Notes: generated by a model from the sequence alone, not told the origin. A stretch of 64,000 nucleotides of DNA from Mobula hypostoma (GCF_963921235.1 NC_086097.1:238144001-238208000); one strand, 5' to 3'. Counted from the first letter of the stretch, positions 12,685 through 25,570 are shown. Program-made: numbers and translations.

Positions 12685-13833
12685 ATTAACAGTGTCTGTT
12701 GCATACCCTCCCTCTTCCCAACCTACAGGCTTGGCTCCAAGTTGTGAACCAATCTCCCTAAACACCTTACCTTGTATCGTCTCCTTCAAGGCTCACTTCA
12801 AAGTAAACCCATTTTCAGTAGGTTTCTAGTTATTTTTGACTTTGATATGATGTTTTTCACAATTACTTCACCTGAAATATAATTTCTTTACCTGACAAGT
12901 CTTGGAAATATGAGTTCATAGAGTCATGGAGCACTATAGCACAGAACAGGCCCTTTGGCTCATCTCGTCTGTTCTGCCTAGTTCCATCTGCCCATACCTG
13001 GATCATAATGCATCATACCCCTTCCATCTATGTACTTATCCAAACTTCTCCAAATGTTGAAATTGAACCTGCATCCACCACTTCTGCTGGCAGCTTGTTT
13101 CACAACCTCTGCAACTTCTGAGTGAAGTAGTTCCCCCTTATGTTCCCACTAAGCATTTCACCTTTCACCCTTAACCCATAACCTCTAGCTTTAATTTCAC
13201 CCAACTTCAGCTGAAAAAGCCTTCTTGCAGTTTTATAGGCTGGAAACCCTGATGCCAGGTGTCAGTAAGTTATTAATTTTCCTTCGAAAGAAGTGCCAAT
13301 GAATAGGATATTTTGAATGAGGTTATTCAGATGCTTGGTTTCTAGAACGATCCCTCATGTACAGAGAACAATTGAAAAACACAAGTTGCAGTCAGGCCAA
13401 TCAGGAATAGAAAAGGATATGTAACAAAAAATATTACTGGGCATCAAACCATTTGCAAGGGCAACAGCCTCAACATAGAATTGCAATAATTGACATACCC
13501 ATAGGAGATACAACTTTTAGAGAGGTAGCATTCTGTGAAGTTTCTCAGGCATTGATCCAACTTTGCAAATTGGATCATACAAACTACTTTTCACAGGAGA
13601 CAATCTATAGGCCGAAAGCCATGCTTCTCTGCAAAGTGTTTGATCATCTAAGTCTTAAAATTATGTGGCTATTTCCTATTCTTAACATTCAATTACTGAT
13701 CTTTTTTATATTCCATATATCTTCAAGGCAACAACAAAGCCTCTCATCTACTTCAAGTCTTATTGGTTGCAATCAATTGTATACAAAGAGTTCCATTCAG
13801 AACTTCCAGCAAATACAAAGAACTTGTAGATGT

Positions 13834-14061
13834 TGTTGTGTGTTTAGTATTTCAGTAGTATTTGAGTAATGTTGTAAATATATTCTTTGATTTAGCATTC
13901 TTGGTCATTTAAATAATTCATCATGGATTATATGTAAAAGTAAGTGAATTGCATACTTTATGATGCTACCACATGTAAAGAACAAACCAAGGCTCGCATC
14001 TCTTGGGTTCCCACCTTTTTCTTGCAATTAGTTCAATATTTTGAAGTTACAAAACATAATA
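13834..14061 (+). repeat. 5' LTR
   Basis: Shares blocks with 16497-16712 (tatttcagt, taaataatt, gattatatgtaaaa, ctaccacatg, aagttacaaaacataata); preceded by TSD GATGT. Confidence 0.85.
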
Positions 14062-14062
14062 G

Positions 14063-14073
14063 TGGTGATGAGG
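14063..14073 (+). promoter_or_regulatory. Putative tRNA primer-binding site
   Basis: TGGTGATGAGG begins 1 nt after the 5' LTR end; TGG is complementary to the tRNA CCA end. Confidence 0.7.
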
Positions 14074-14289
14074 CTGTATTAAACTGAACCTGAGATAGCT
14101 ACTGACCTATTGAGGTGCAGTGAGACGGTTGAGATAAAAACAAACGGCAGCAAGGTATGGCTGAGTTTTTAAAGAAAGCAGTGCAGCATGTTCTCAAGTT
14201 TAAAAAAAGGCAGAAAATTGAAGAACTCATGTGTTCATGAATAGAGGTGATAATATATATTTTTAAAAAACAGAAATGCTGGCTACATT

Positions 14290-15400
14290 GAAAGATTGAC
14301 ATGTTAGATTACACAAAAGATAACTGGATTTTGTATACTGAATAGATTGCACAGTATTTTAAAAAAATGAAATAGCTGATGAGAAAAAAGTGCACTGGGT
14401 TTTAAGGCATACAGTTTGCTTTGGAGTTTGACAGCTCCAACCAAACCAGCCAAAATGAGCTTTGCTGATATCATGAAAGTAATACAGGGACATTTAGAAC
14501 TGAAACCATTATTGATTGCAAAAATGCTTTATGTTTCATATGCAGAATCAAAAGGAAGGGGAGTCAATTTCAGCATTCGAGGCTGAATTAAAGAAGCTGT
14601 CTGAGCATTTGTCATTTTGCTAATGGGCTTAATGATGCACAGAAGGATCGTTAGTTTGGGGAGTCTTACAAGAAATTATTCAAGAATAGCTCCTAACTGA
14701 GGCATAATTTACATTTAAAGGGCAGTTGAAATAGCTGTATCAATGGAAACAGCAGACACAATTGTGTTGCAGTCAGGAATGAAGGTCAGAGTGAACAAAA
14801 TTGCAGCATCTGAACAGAAACTGACCAGGCCAAACAAATCGTGTTACCACTGAAGCAGAGTCTCACAGGTGAAATTTGCAGAAAATGTGGCAAAGTAGGA
14901 CACCCACGAAGGACGCATGTCGGACAGACAAAAAACAAATGGTCAGCACAGGGTAGAGAAAAAGCTAAGAAGTCAAGTTGCAGTTTCAAAAAGAGCATTA
15001 ATCGGGATACCGTTGATGAAAAAATGTGATAATGATGAGAGTGACACATGATTGAGTACCCTTGAGATTTACAATGTGAAAACAATAAACAAAATATATG
15101 ACTAATATCAGAAGTGAATTGCAAATGAATTAAAATGAAATTAGACACTGGCTCAACAGTTTCATTCGTTCCACAATATAAGTTTGAACGGCATTTGAAA
15201 GATACTAAACTAAAGCCTGCAGGTATCCAACTGAGAACTTATACTGGAGAAAAGAGCATGTATGTGGTAAAACCAGGAGGGCCAGCATTGTGGGTTGTGA
15301 TTAACTGAGACAACTACAAATTGATTGAAGATCCATCCACCATTTTCATGCCATGTCCCCTGTAAACAGAGTCGAATGAAAGCGAATTAAGAAAGGTACT
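14290..15400 (+). pseudogene. Decayed gag and aspartic protease of the LTR element
   Basis: Gag-like DNWILYTE*IAQYF, zinc-knuckle remnant CRKCGKVGH (ORF 14841-15029) and protease motif KMKLDTGSTVS (DTG at 15144-15152). Multiple stops and frameshifts. Confidence 0.8.
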
Positions 15401-15458
15401 GAACCACAACTGTCACCATGCCGAACACAATGCACCATTGCCCAAAAGATGACAACAG

Positions 15459-16212
15459 ACATTGGTGCCAACATCTGTGTCTCTGGTTGGAAAGCCCAGA
15501 AGAAGCGTGAAAGTGCAAAAGCAGTGGTCCAAGTACAATAGTTTTTGTCAGTAGCATATCTGAGAAAGCCTCTGATATGTTAATCATGCAGTTACTTGTG
15601 AAATGTGGCTTGGTTTTAAGCTGGAAGAGAATTTAAGGCGCTTCAAAAAAGTCACAAGCATTCAGATTTTGTGCGTATAAAGAAGCAGAATCTACTCTGT
15701 GCTCATTAAGATTACTGCATGAACTTCAAGTGGGAGACAAAATGTTGTTTGTAAAATTAGATGCAAAGACCGAAGCCCAGCAGGATGAATGGAAGGCCAA
15801 AAAGAAAAGAATCAATGGAGATACAAAAATAGAGGATTTGTCAGATGATGTTGACGATGAGGAAACTAAGAGGAGAGATCAGATCGTAAAGGGAGCAATA
15901 GAAGGATTAATAAGAGACTACTCCAGTGAACTAAATGCACCTGCCCAAGATCAAGATGGACATCCTAGAAGGAAGAAACTACAAAAGATAGAGGAGGGTG
16001 ACATTAGTGCTATGGAAATGGAAGAGGATTAACATGACTTAGTTTCATGAGAAATTAGCAAATTCTGAGATACTCAGAAAATAACTAGAAAAAGAAAGTC
16101 AAGAAGTTGAAAAGTAGAGAAGAGATAAAGATACAGAAAGAAGCGGGACCAGGAGAGAAGCAAGGGTCAAAGTAGATCTGGAGAGAAAAGCTAAGAAAAT
16201 AAGAAAAAAGGG
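15459..16212 (+). pseudogene. RBM25: Intronless RBM25 fragment (RRM plus start of the RE/RD-rich region), processed pseudogene inside the LTR element
   Basis: TLVPTSVSLVGK starts at 15459. One frame from 15523 reads SGPSTIVFVSSISEKASDMLIMQLLVKCGLVLSWKRI*GASKKSQAFRFCAYKEAESTLCSLRLLHELQVGDKMLFVKLDAKTEAQQDEWKAKKK...DEETKRRDQIVKGAIEGLIRDYSSELNAP...DISAMEMEED*HDLVS*EISKF*DTQK. This is colinear with vertebrate RBM25 (TTVFVGNISEKASDMLIRQLLAKCGLVLSWKRVQGASGKLQAFGFCEYKE...). In-frame stops and no introns. Confidence 0.92.
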
Positions 16213-16496
16213 GTCTAGAACCACTTCCTGCAGTCTCAGAGTCAACTCCTACAACCACCACAGAGGAGACCTCAGAACCTGTCACTGTTTCATTGCCACA
16301 AGTCTCACCTGCCAAGCAGAGTGATACCCCTTGTCAGGAAAGACGTTAATGCACAAGAGTAAGAAAGCCTCCACAATGAATAAGTTCTTAGGCCATTCTG
16401 TGGATGTTTATATAGTAGTTTATCGTATAATGTACTGTGTATGTAGTTGAGATGCACTCTCTATTGAGTTGGAGTTTATAACTAAGTGGGTAGGAC

Positions 16497-16712
16497 CGTT
16501 GTGTATTTAATATTTCAGTGGTATAAGTGCAATATTATAAATATATTGTTTGATTAAGCATTCTCATTTGTTTAAATAATTTATTACCGATTATATGTAA
16601 AAATAAATTAATTGTTTACGTCATGATTCTACCACATGATACGTGCGCGCCTCGCTCCTGCTCGTCTTTTTCTTGAAATTAGTTTAATATTCTTAAGTTA
16701 CAAAACATAATA
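16497..16712 (+). repeat. 3' LTR
   Basis: Diverged direct repeat of 13834-14061, followed by TSD GATGT. Confidence 0.85.
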
Positions 16713-17740
16713 GATGTCTTTGTCACAAAGGTTGAAACCATCTCTTTAGTTGTGCTGACACTTCCTCCCTTCATCCAGTCTTCCCTGAGCTTTGGCACCA
16801 AACTTGTATCTTTCGCTAGTTCCTATAAAAATTTTGCTAAGCCTAACTTTTGCACAGTACCCATTTCCTTCTCCCTCCCGAATGCTCTACATAAAATGCT
16901 GGAGGAACTCAGCAAGTCAAGCATCATGTATAGAAAGGAATAAACAGGTGATGCTTCAGGCCAAAACCCTTCATCAGGAATGGAAAGAAAGGGGGTGGAG
17001 GGAAGAACCAGAATATTAAGATGGGTGGAGGGAAGGAGTACAAGCTAGAAGGTGATAGGTGAATCCAGGTGGTGGGGGAGGATGGAGAGTTAAGGAAGAG
17101 GCTTCCCCCCAATACTATTTTCATGAAACATTCAGTCATCCAGCTTTCTGCCTTCGCTCCCTTATTAAACAGCAGTAGGTGTGGTTCTTTAATACGAAAA
17201 GGCATTTCTCTGATGCTTTTCCCCAAGTCACTGACCCCATTCCCTCCCTAGCAACAATTTGAGGTGGGGTGGCACTTTTTACAACCTTGGTGATATATTA
17301 ACCCAGAGGAAGTACTTCAAGTCACAGATTCACGGCATTACTGAAATTGCTAACCTCTTCCTCCAGAACATTACTGGACTTTACTCCTGCCTCAATGCCT
17401 CCTGTTCGAACACTTGTCCATGCCTTTCATATCTCTGTACTTGACAAGCGCAACACACTCTTGACTTGTCTTCAAGCTCCCAATGTCTGTTAATTTGAAG
17501 CCACCAAAACCCTGTTCCAATGACAGCATGCTACGTCTATCTATTATCTCCGTGTCCTCTGACCTAGAATACATTAGTTTCGGGATTAGCCAAGTATGAG
17601 TTTTAGCTTTATAATCCTAAACCTTGGACTCTTTCTATTTATGGAATTTTGATCAAACCTTAACCTTCAGATTTCTGGATTCCTCCAATAACTGCCCTAT
17701 GACTTCTCCCAAATTTAATCATCATGCCGGTAGTATCTAA

Positions 17741-18363
17741 GCGGGAGGAGAGATAACAGCGCGCCATGTGTGCGCAGCCCTCTGGTGAAAATGATATTGT
17801 ATCCGTTAAATAGGGGCCATGGACAATTCTGATTTGATGGAGATAGGCGTGAAAGCCCAGAGAAACATCTGGAGAAATTTCTGTAACGCAGGTTTGCTGC
17901 TGTTGTTACTGCGCGATCGAGAATCTTCAGGAGGGAAGGCCTCAAAATCCCCTCCTTTGCCTGCTATTGGCGACCAAGATTGAGGTCGAATCATTCAGAT
18001 AGAGATGGTGCTCGGCACTTGGTGTCGGAGAGCTGATCGGAGGCTCGAAGTTTTCGGACGACTCAGAGTCGGAATGTGGTCGGGCATGGCAGGGAGAGTT
18101 TTTCTTCCTTCTCCCATCTGTGTGAGATATGGGACATTTGACAGACTTTGAACTTTTTACTGTGCTCATGGACTGTTCTTCTCAGGTTATGGTATTGTTG
18201 CACTGTTGTAACTATATTATGTGGTTTTGTTAGTTTTTTCAGTCTTGGTCTGACCTGTATTTTGTGATATCACACCAGAGGAAATATTGTATCATTTCTT
18301 AATACATGCATTACTAAATGACAATAAAAGAGGACTGCGTGTCTTCATAATCTAATCTAATCT
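17741..18363 (+). mobile_element. Non-coding retroposon, copy 2, with (TAATC)n tail
   Basis: Shares ctgatttgatggaga, gggaaggc, cggaggctcgaagtttt and gggagagttt blocks with copy 1; AATAAA then aatctaatctaatct. Confidence 0.65.
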
Positions 18364-19309
18364 GATCTATGTCTTCAGATACTGTGACTCAGCAACCAAT
18401 TTCCTAAATCTCCCTGCATGTCTCTTTCATCAGCCTTTTGATTATCACTGATTATCATCTTATGAGGCAATGTGTTAAATTTAGTTTAATATTGTTCTAA
18501 TAAAGGTCAAATATAAATTCATGCTGCTTATAGTGGTACACTCAGATGGACATTTCTTCAGATAATACAATTTAAAACTTAAATATCAACATTGAAACAC
18601 TACTTCCAAACATCATATCTAAAAACACGGAAGACACTTCACTCAATAGATACACCAGAAGGAAATCTGTTCAAGAGGGAGCTGCGCTACATGAGAACGA
18701 CCTCTGCTGTGCCGCAGCGAATGAACGGCAAATACAAAAGGAGAGACAACACAACCAAGAGACCCAACCAGTAACCACAGACACTCCTTACCCTTACTCA
18801 CACTGCACCGGAATGTGTGTGTCAAACATGTGTATCATCAAAGAAAAAATGGCTAGAGTCACTTTGCACTTTAGTGCATGGGTGTTTATTAAGTGCATCA
18901 AAAATTAAACTTAAGTTCGCAAAAATAGTGAAGAGAAATAGGCCAATGTTTACAAAATGATATAAAACACAATCAAAGCTCCGTACGTATTCTTGTTCAA
19001 TGTGAACTCCTGGCAGCCACTAACTCTCTCTCATACTGAGGGCGATGAACTCCTTTTATTAGGCACTAGGATGTACCATCTTTAATTACCAACAAAGTTA
19101 ACCCAAGACTACACGAGTTAAAATATGATGCACCCCATTACTAAAAAATATTCCACCGTGTACAGTGGGAAAGGCACCATAAAGCCAACCCGAGTGTATC
19201 GGCTTGGTTTAGTATCCAGTGAAAGCCATAGGACTGTTGGGAAGCAACAGCGTAAAATAACAGAATGCTCAACACAATACAAATAAAGAGTCCTCCAAGA
19301 GGACCGCAA

Positions 19310-19565
19310 ACTTGTTCTAGGGTTTGGAGGCTTGCCTTCCTCAATCTGGAGACCTATGTTAGCTGGAGATAGGGTCTTGTGCTTTGACTGTTGGGAGGGC
19401 CACCCATGCCAAACTAGTCAAAGAGTGTAGAGGCAAGACTAGGAGTGGTCCAACACTGACAGGCAAAACAAAACTGTTACGGAAACAGCAATGAAGAATC
19501 CTATACAGACAGAGACGGAGGACTTTCCTCACTGCCCTAAACACCAGGAGTGTAATGGGCAGTAG
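19310..19565 (+). repeat. Interspersed repeat also present at about 63690-64000
   Basis: Shared gggtttggaggctt, acccatgc, tgttacggaaacagcaatgaagaatcct and actgcccta blocks. Confidence 0.6.
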
Positions 19566-20657
19566 GTAAGTACAAGTAAAGAATTAAATTAAACTAGAAT
19601 TTGGTGTCTGACTGAACGTATGTAGCAATGCGGAGGGGAAACAGTTATGAGAATATGCCGGGGAAGACATTGAAGTGTGCACACTCACGGCAACCAACAG
19701 GAGAATGACAAGGAAATGTTCGTGTGTGAGTGCATGCACCTTTGGAAGGAGTGCATTTACCGAGTACAGCTGTTATAATATGGATCCCAGTTCGGTCTCT
19801 GCATCCACTTGAGGACCCACCAATAGACAATTCCTTAGAAAAACATCACAGTCGACTCAAGCAATCACGCTATTGCTAATCAGAAATAACAGCAAATACA
19901 CAAATCAAGTGTGCATGAAGAAGGATGTAAGAGATGAACAAATTTTTATGGAAGAGCAAAAGCAGTTTCACAGTATTTGGAACTTAGTGGAGACGATATA
20001 TTTTGTCCAATCTAAAGCAACTATTAAAATAAGAACATTACTCCTGATATCTGAAGAATTTTACTGAAATTGCCGGACTCAAAAAGCAATCACTCCTTAG
20101 AGAGAAATATGGATTGGGTTTGAGTCTGTTGCATTACAACATTAAAAAGTTCAGCTTTGGTTATGCACTCAGATTACTGGATGCATCATACACTATTGGT
20201 AAAATACACAAGTTGATAATTATTGATGAACCATCGCAGTATATAATAGGAATAGTTGTTATTCATCAGTATTAAAGAGGTGTTACTAAAGACATATATT
20301 CTGACAATAATTATGCTGATGTTCATCAGTTAATTAGATATCAACAAAATATCATAGGGAGCCAATTAAAACCCGATCCAAATGATAAAGCTGTAATTGA
20401 ACATTTCAATTGGTGTGAATAGATTTATTTTTACTAATTAACTACTGTTTTTATAGACTAATGATCATTTACTTTGTTTTAAGGATGATCTAATACAAAC
20501 AGATTTATCCTTTGAGTCATGGAAAATCAGGTGAACTTAGAAAAATGTTGAACTCAATCATTTTTTTCAAAATGGATGTGTTCAAATGTGTTGAGATGGC
20601 AATCAGAATTGTGACTTACATTCAAATGGCACTTATTTTGGAAATGATATTGACTTA

Positions 20658-20888
<231 letters not shown>

Positions 20889-22467
20889 TTATTGGCTTGA
20901 GCTCTGACACTGAACAACAAAAATACAATCATATAATGCAAATAATACATTGAAGTCCATTAAAGGTGCTCAGAGCAGCATAACAATTAATATAAGAAAT
21001 AAAGCCCTTCCAAGTTACTCCATCATTCGATAAGATTGCAGCTGATCAGAGAGTGGAGGCAAGATTAAAGCTGGAGGAGCGGAGAAAAAACTGGATCAAA
21101 ACACACAAACTGCTGTAGGAATTCAGTTAGCATTTATTTCGGGAAATGAATCAATATTGCAAAAAGAGAAAAGTAATGAAATAGTGTGATAGACTGTTCA
21201 TAGCCCATTCTGAAATCTGATGGCGGAGGAGAAGAAGCTGTTCCTAAATCACTGAGTGTGTACCTTTAGGCTTCTGTGCCTCTTCCCAGATGGTGACAAT
21301 AAGAAGCGGCCATGTCCTGGATGTGAATGAAGGCACAGGCAGACTGTGACTTCACATGACTGTGATGATTGTACGCTCTAGTATCAATTGTTTGGTGACA
21401 ATGAAGTATAAAGTACATATTGGAAATCTAATAGAAAAACAGTCAATGCTGAAAGCTGCATCTCAGGAAGAGGAAGAGTTTCCCTGGTTGGAAAGAGATC
21501 TAATATTGGGTCCAAGAGTTAGCACGTCAAGTTCAAAACTTTTCATTATAACCGTTCTGATGAAGAATCTTAAAACATTCGCTCTTTCCACAAGATGCAG
21601 TTTGACTTGCTGAGTGTCTCCCCCCCACTCCCACCCCTGCCTCATTTAGTTTTTCTTTCCTATCTGACTTTGTGCAAAAACATGGCCAGCAAAATGACTT
21701 CTGGCCCACGGCATTGTAACTCTGGGAACCTTTGGAACTCGTGTCAACAGCAGAAAGCAGCAAAGAATTGCCGAATCACAGAAGCAGCTGAAAAATAAAG
21801 CAGCCACTATCTGATATGTGCTCGATGATCTTGGTAAATCTCTCTTTATTTCTCAAAGTCCTTCCTGTTAGTGGAAGTACTTTTGGTCATTCTCTTTTGA
21901 AGGGGGAAATCTCCAAAGGATGTAATTGTTATCACATGCTGAGTGTGAACTGTATATCGGATCAATTGCAAGAATATAGCAAGCATGCATGTGGCTGGGC
22001 GATCACGTGGTGAATCGATTGGGCCTCCAATGCATGGGAGGCACTCAGTTACAGCGCAGGCTTGCGAGTGCACTTGCTTTTTACTCAATGGGCACAGTTC
22101 TTAACTCCCACACTGTAAGTAGTCCACAGCATGCATGGCTAATATGATTCAGTAAGAACATTTAATTGTGTTGCTCCATTTTTGTCCTTGCTCTACACAA
22201 CCTGCCTATGCTCTGGACTTCTGGAAGGAGTTAACGTTGCATGCCCTGTTACCCTCGTCACCATTCTACCTGTACCTTAACTAGACACCATCCTTAACAT
22301 GCAAATATTCAGATCCATATTTATTTTTCACATGTGCATCAAAACATACAGTGAAACGCATCATTTGCATTAACAATCAGCACACCCAAGGATGTGCTGG
22401 GGATGGGTAGCAAATGTTGTCATGTTTTCCAGTGCCAATATAGCATACTGACAATGTTCAACACAAC

Positions 22468-23021
22468 ACACATTCAGTAGACAAATTATTAGGTACCTCC
22501 TGTATCTAATAAAGTGGCCACTCAGTGTATGTTTGTATTTGTCTGTTGGTGTAACCCATTCACCTCAAGATTTGACATGTTGTGCATTCAGAGATGTTCC
22601 TCTGCACACCACTTTTGTAACACATGGTTATTTGAGTTACTCTCACCTTCCTGTCAGCTTGAACTATTCTGGCTATTCTCCTCTGACCTCTTTGCTTAAC
22701 AAGGCGTTTTCACCCTCAGGACTGCTGCTCACTGGAATTTTTTTTTTAATTTACGTACCACCCACTGCAAACTCTAAAGACCATTGTGTGAGGAAAATCC
22801 AGGAGGTCATCAGTTTCTGAGATACTCAAACCACCCTGTCAGGCACCAACAATCATTCCACAATCACACTTCTTCCCAATTCTGATGTTTTGTCTCAACA
22901 GCAATTGTATTTTTTGACCATGTCTGCAAGCTTTTGTGCATTGCGTGGCTGCTACATGATTGGTTGATTAGATATTTGCATCAACGAGCAGGTGTACCAA
23001 ATAAAGTGACCACTATGTGTA
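22468..23021. mobile_element. Tc1-like non-autonomous element
   Basis: Terminal motifs cattcagtagacaaattattaggtac...gtaccaaataaagtgaccactatgtgta, plus an internal copy taataaagtggccactcagtgta. Confidence 0.55.
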
Positions 23022-25570
23022 GCAACCTCAACATCAGAATAAAACAACAGTAAATCAAACCCTTTTCTCACTCTCCTACCCTTCTCATGTACACACAGGC
23101 CTCCAGCCCCAGGATAGGCCACATCAGGTCCTCCAGTCCTTTGCCCCAGACTCCCAGAACTGCAAACATTTGGCTCCCAACCTCCTTTCTCTGGCCCGAA
23201 CTCCCAGAGATAGAGGCATTGGGCTTCAAATCTCCAGTCTCTAATATTTAACACCACCAGTCAAAACGTTGCATAATTCTGAATTGAATAACCTTATTTT
23301 ATTGCCATTACATAGTTTTGATAATTAATGTCAATTAACAATGCCTTTAATTAGCAGCTGAAATTTAATTGTTTCATGCATTGCACCTCACTTAGTGGAA
23401 AGAGCTGAAGATCCATTCATCAGCAATAAAATAGAATGCACTTATAAATCTAATTACAAGACAGAGGCCGCAATTGCAATTTGTAATCATGCAAGAGGAA
23501 ATGCAGTGTGCAATACTGGCTTATTTTGTGGTAGTTGTGATTTTTTTCTCCCCCACCAAACCGCAATCTGACCTTCAGTAGAAAGGATGATCTTCTATTA
23601 CTGCCAAGATATTGATAGAACTGCAAAAATAATGAACTATAAACAAAGTTCTGTGTCCCAAGAGTAGACAATAATAAATCTTCATTATTTAATCACTAAA
23701 TGGTTCACTACCTCAGAATATAAAATATGGGTGTTCTTCTGGGTCAATGCCTCAGTTCCCATTAGAAGGTGCTTCTGTTATAAATCATAGCAGAATGGAT
23801 TTTGTAATAGAACTTGCATATGCTTTGATTTTTTTAATGTGATTTCGAAGACCCCATGCTATGCTGGATCATTCTTAAATGCATGTGGGTGTGTGTACAT
23901 TAGCAAATGTACACCACTTACTTGAATAGTGCAAAAATAAAAACATAAAAGTAGCAAGGTAGTGTTCACAGGTTCAATGTCCTGTCAGAAATCGGATGGG
24001 GGGGGGAAGAAGCTGTGCCCGAATCACTGAGTGTGTGCCTTCAGGCTTCTGTACCTCCTTCCCAACGGTAGCAATGAGAACAGGGCATGACCTGGGTGAT
24101 GGTGGTCCTTAACGATGGATGCACGTTTTTGAGGTATCACTCCTTGAAGATGATCTGGATACCACAAAGGCTATGATGGAGCTGACTAAGTTAGCATCAC
24201 ACTGTGTTCCTGCTTTACGGTAAAGTGATAATGTCACTTGGTATGGCATGCTTATTCTTCCAGCTTAAAATTGTGCTGTCTCCCAAATAAATCATCAGGT
24301 TTGATGGGGGGCATTACTGTGACTACTGCTTCCTCTTTGATTTATAGCAATGAAACAGCTTGTGTTCCATATCGTACTGCCCTGGCTTGCATATTGATTG
24401 AATGTATTGTAGTCAGCTAGGACGCAACATCCATAGTCGACCCCAACCAACTTATCTCATTATAATGATGGCTTAGATTTAAGCATTCAGGTAATATTTC
24501 AAACTTTGTAGATAACATGAAACTTAGAGATGCAGTTGGCAGTAATGCAGATGAAAGATCAAAGGGAACATACTTATCCTGACAGAATGTGCAGACGACT
24601 GGCAGATAAAATTTAACAGACCTAGTTACAAGGTAATACATTTTGGTGGAAAGAAAGAAAGAGTAGAATTCGTGGTGCATCTCTAAAACGAGTGCAGAAA
24701 CAGACAGTGTAAGGTGAATGCATAAAACTTCAAAGGTGACAGTACTTATTAAGGGAGCTGTTATTAAAGCATTTTGTATTGTTTGGGTTCGTGGAGTTCA
24801 ATGAGTATGTTAAAATAGTGGTTAAGTTATATTTGAAGCACTGCATCTAAAATGGTCACTTTCTGAAAATATGAACAAGATGGCTGCCAGCGACCAATGC
24901 GGCCAACAGCGACATCCTGCAGACAGCTTACGAAACTGCTTCTACTTTGTGTTTTAAATGGTTCTCGACAGCAACTTCTTCGATCTCATCTGTGGAAACA
25001 GCTTAATTTCTACCTTTAATATCTCTCTTTTCCCTTTACAAGGTGGACAGGGTTCTGTTGATGACCCTGACCGAGAGCTACACTCAAACTTCAGTTTTTG
25101 CCGCAATGGGACCTGATCCCGGGATTCACCGACAAGCCATTTTTCGATATCCCAAGGACACGGCCCAGAAGATGAGCGTGCCACCGGGTTTCTGAGGGTT
25201 TGCAGCCCTGAGGACGAGCCAACTCTAGGCCTGTGCTTCCAACTGAAGCATTATGGGAACATTGGGAACAGCAGATCAGCTGGGGGCGGGGTTGCGGGGG
25301 CCTGCACTCAGATCAGGCGCGCGCTCTCTCTCTCTCTCTCTCGTCCTTGGTGGTTGAGTGTTTGTTGCCTATTTTTGAGTTAGAGAACTCGGGGTGGGGG
25401 GAGGGGGGGAGAGGAATAGCGATGCCACGGAATTTAACACAGTAAATCAGGAGTTGTTCTGTCTTGTTGGTCTCCCCTCTCGCCGTGTGACACCTTTCTG
25501 TCCCTTTATTAGGGAGGGACGGAGAGAGGAAGAGAGAGGGAGGAGGGGAGAGAGAAAGAGGGAGGGGAGA

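Larger units (their letters stand above)
13834..16712 (+). mobile_element. Non-autonomous Gypsy-type LTR retrotransposon carrying a captured RBM25 cDNA fragment
   Basis: Homologous direct LTRs at 13834-14061 (TGTTGTG...CATAATA) and 16497-16712 (CGTTGTG...CATAATA). 5-bp TSD GATGT at 13829-13833 and 16713-16717. PBS-like TGGTGATGAGG follows the 5' LTR and a purine-rich PPT-like AAGTGGGTAGGA precedes the 3' LTR. Gag, protease and integrase-tail remnants lie inside. Confidence 0.88.

Noticed and set aside
15730..16032. 100-aa ORF as a functional RBM25-like gene
   Set aside because: It is only the stop-free interval of a pseudogenised insert. Stops occur at 15634 and 16030, with further TGA codons at Arg positions, and the ORF starts at GTG.
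21980..22140. Cluster of TGCATG/GCATG motifs as RBFOX splicing elements
   Set aside because: More than 1 kb from the exon, few copies, and skipping the 208-nt exon would frameshift; not distinguishable from chance.
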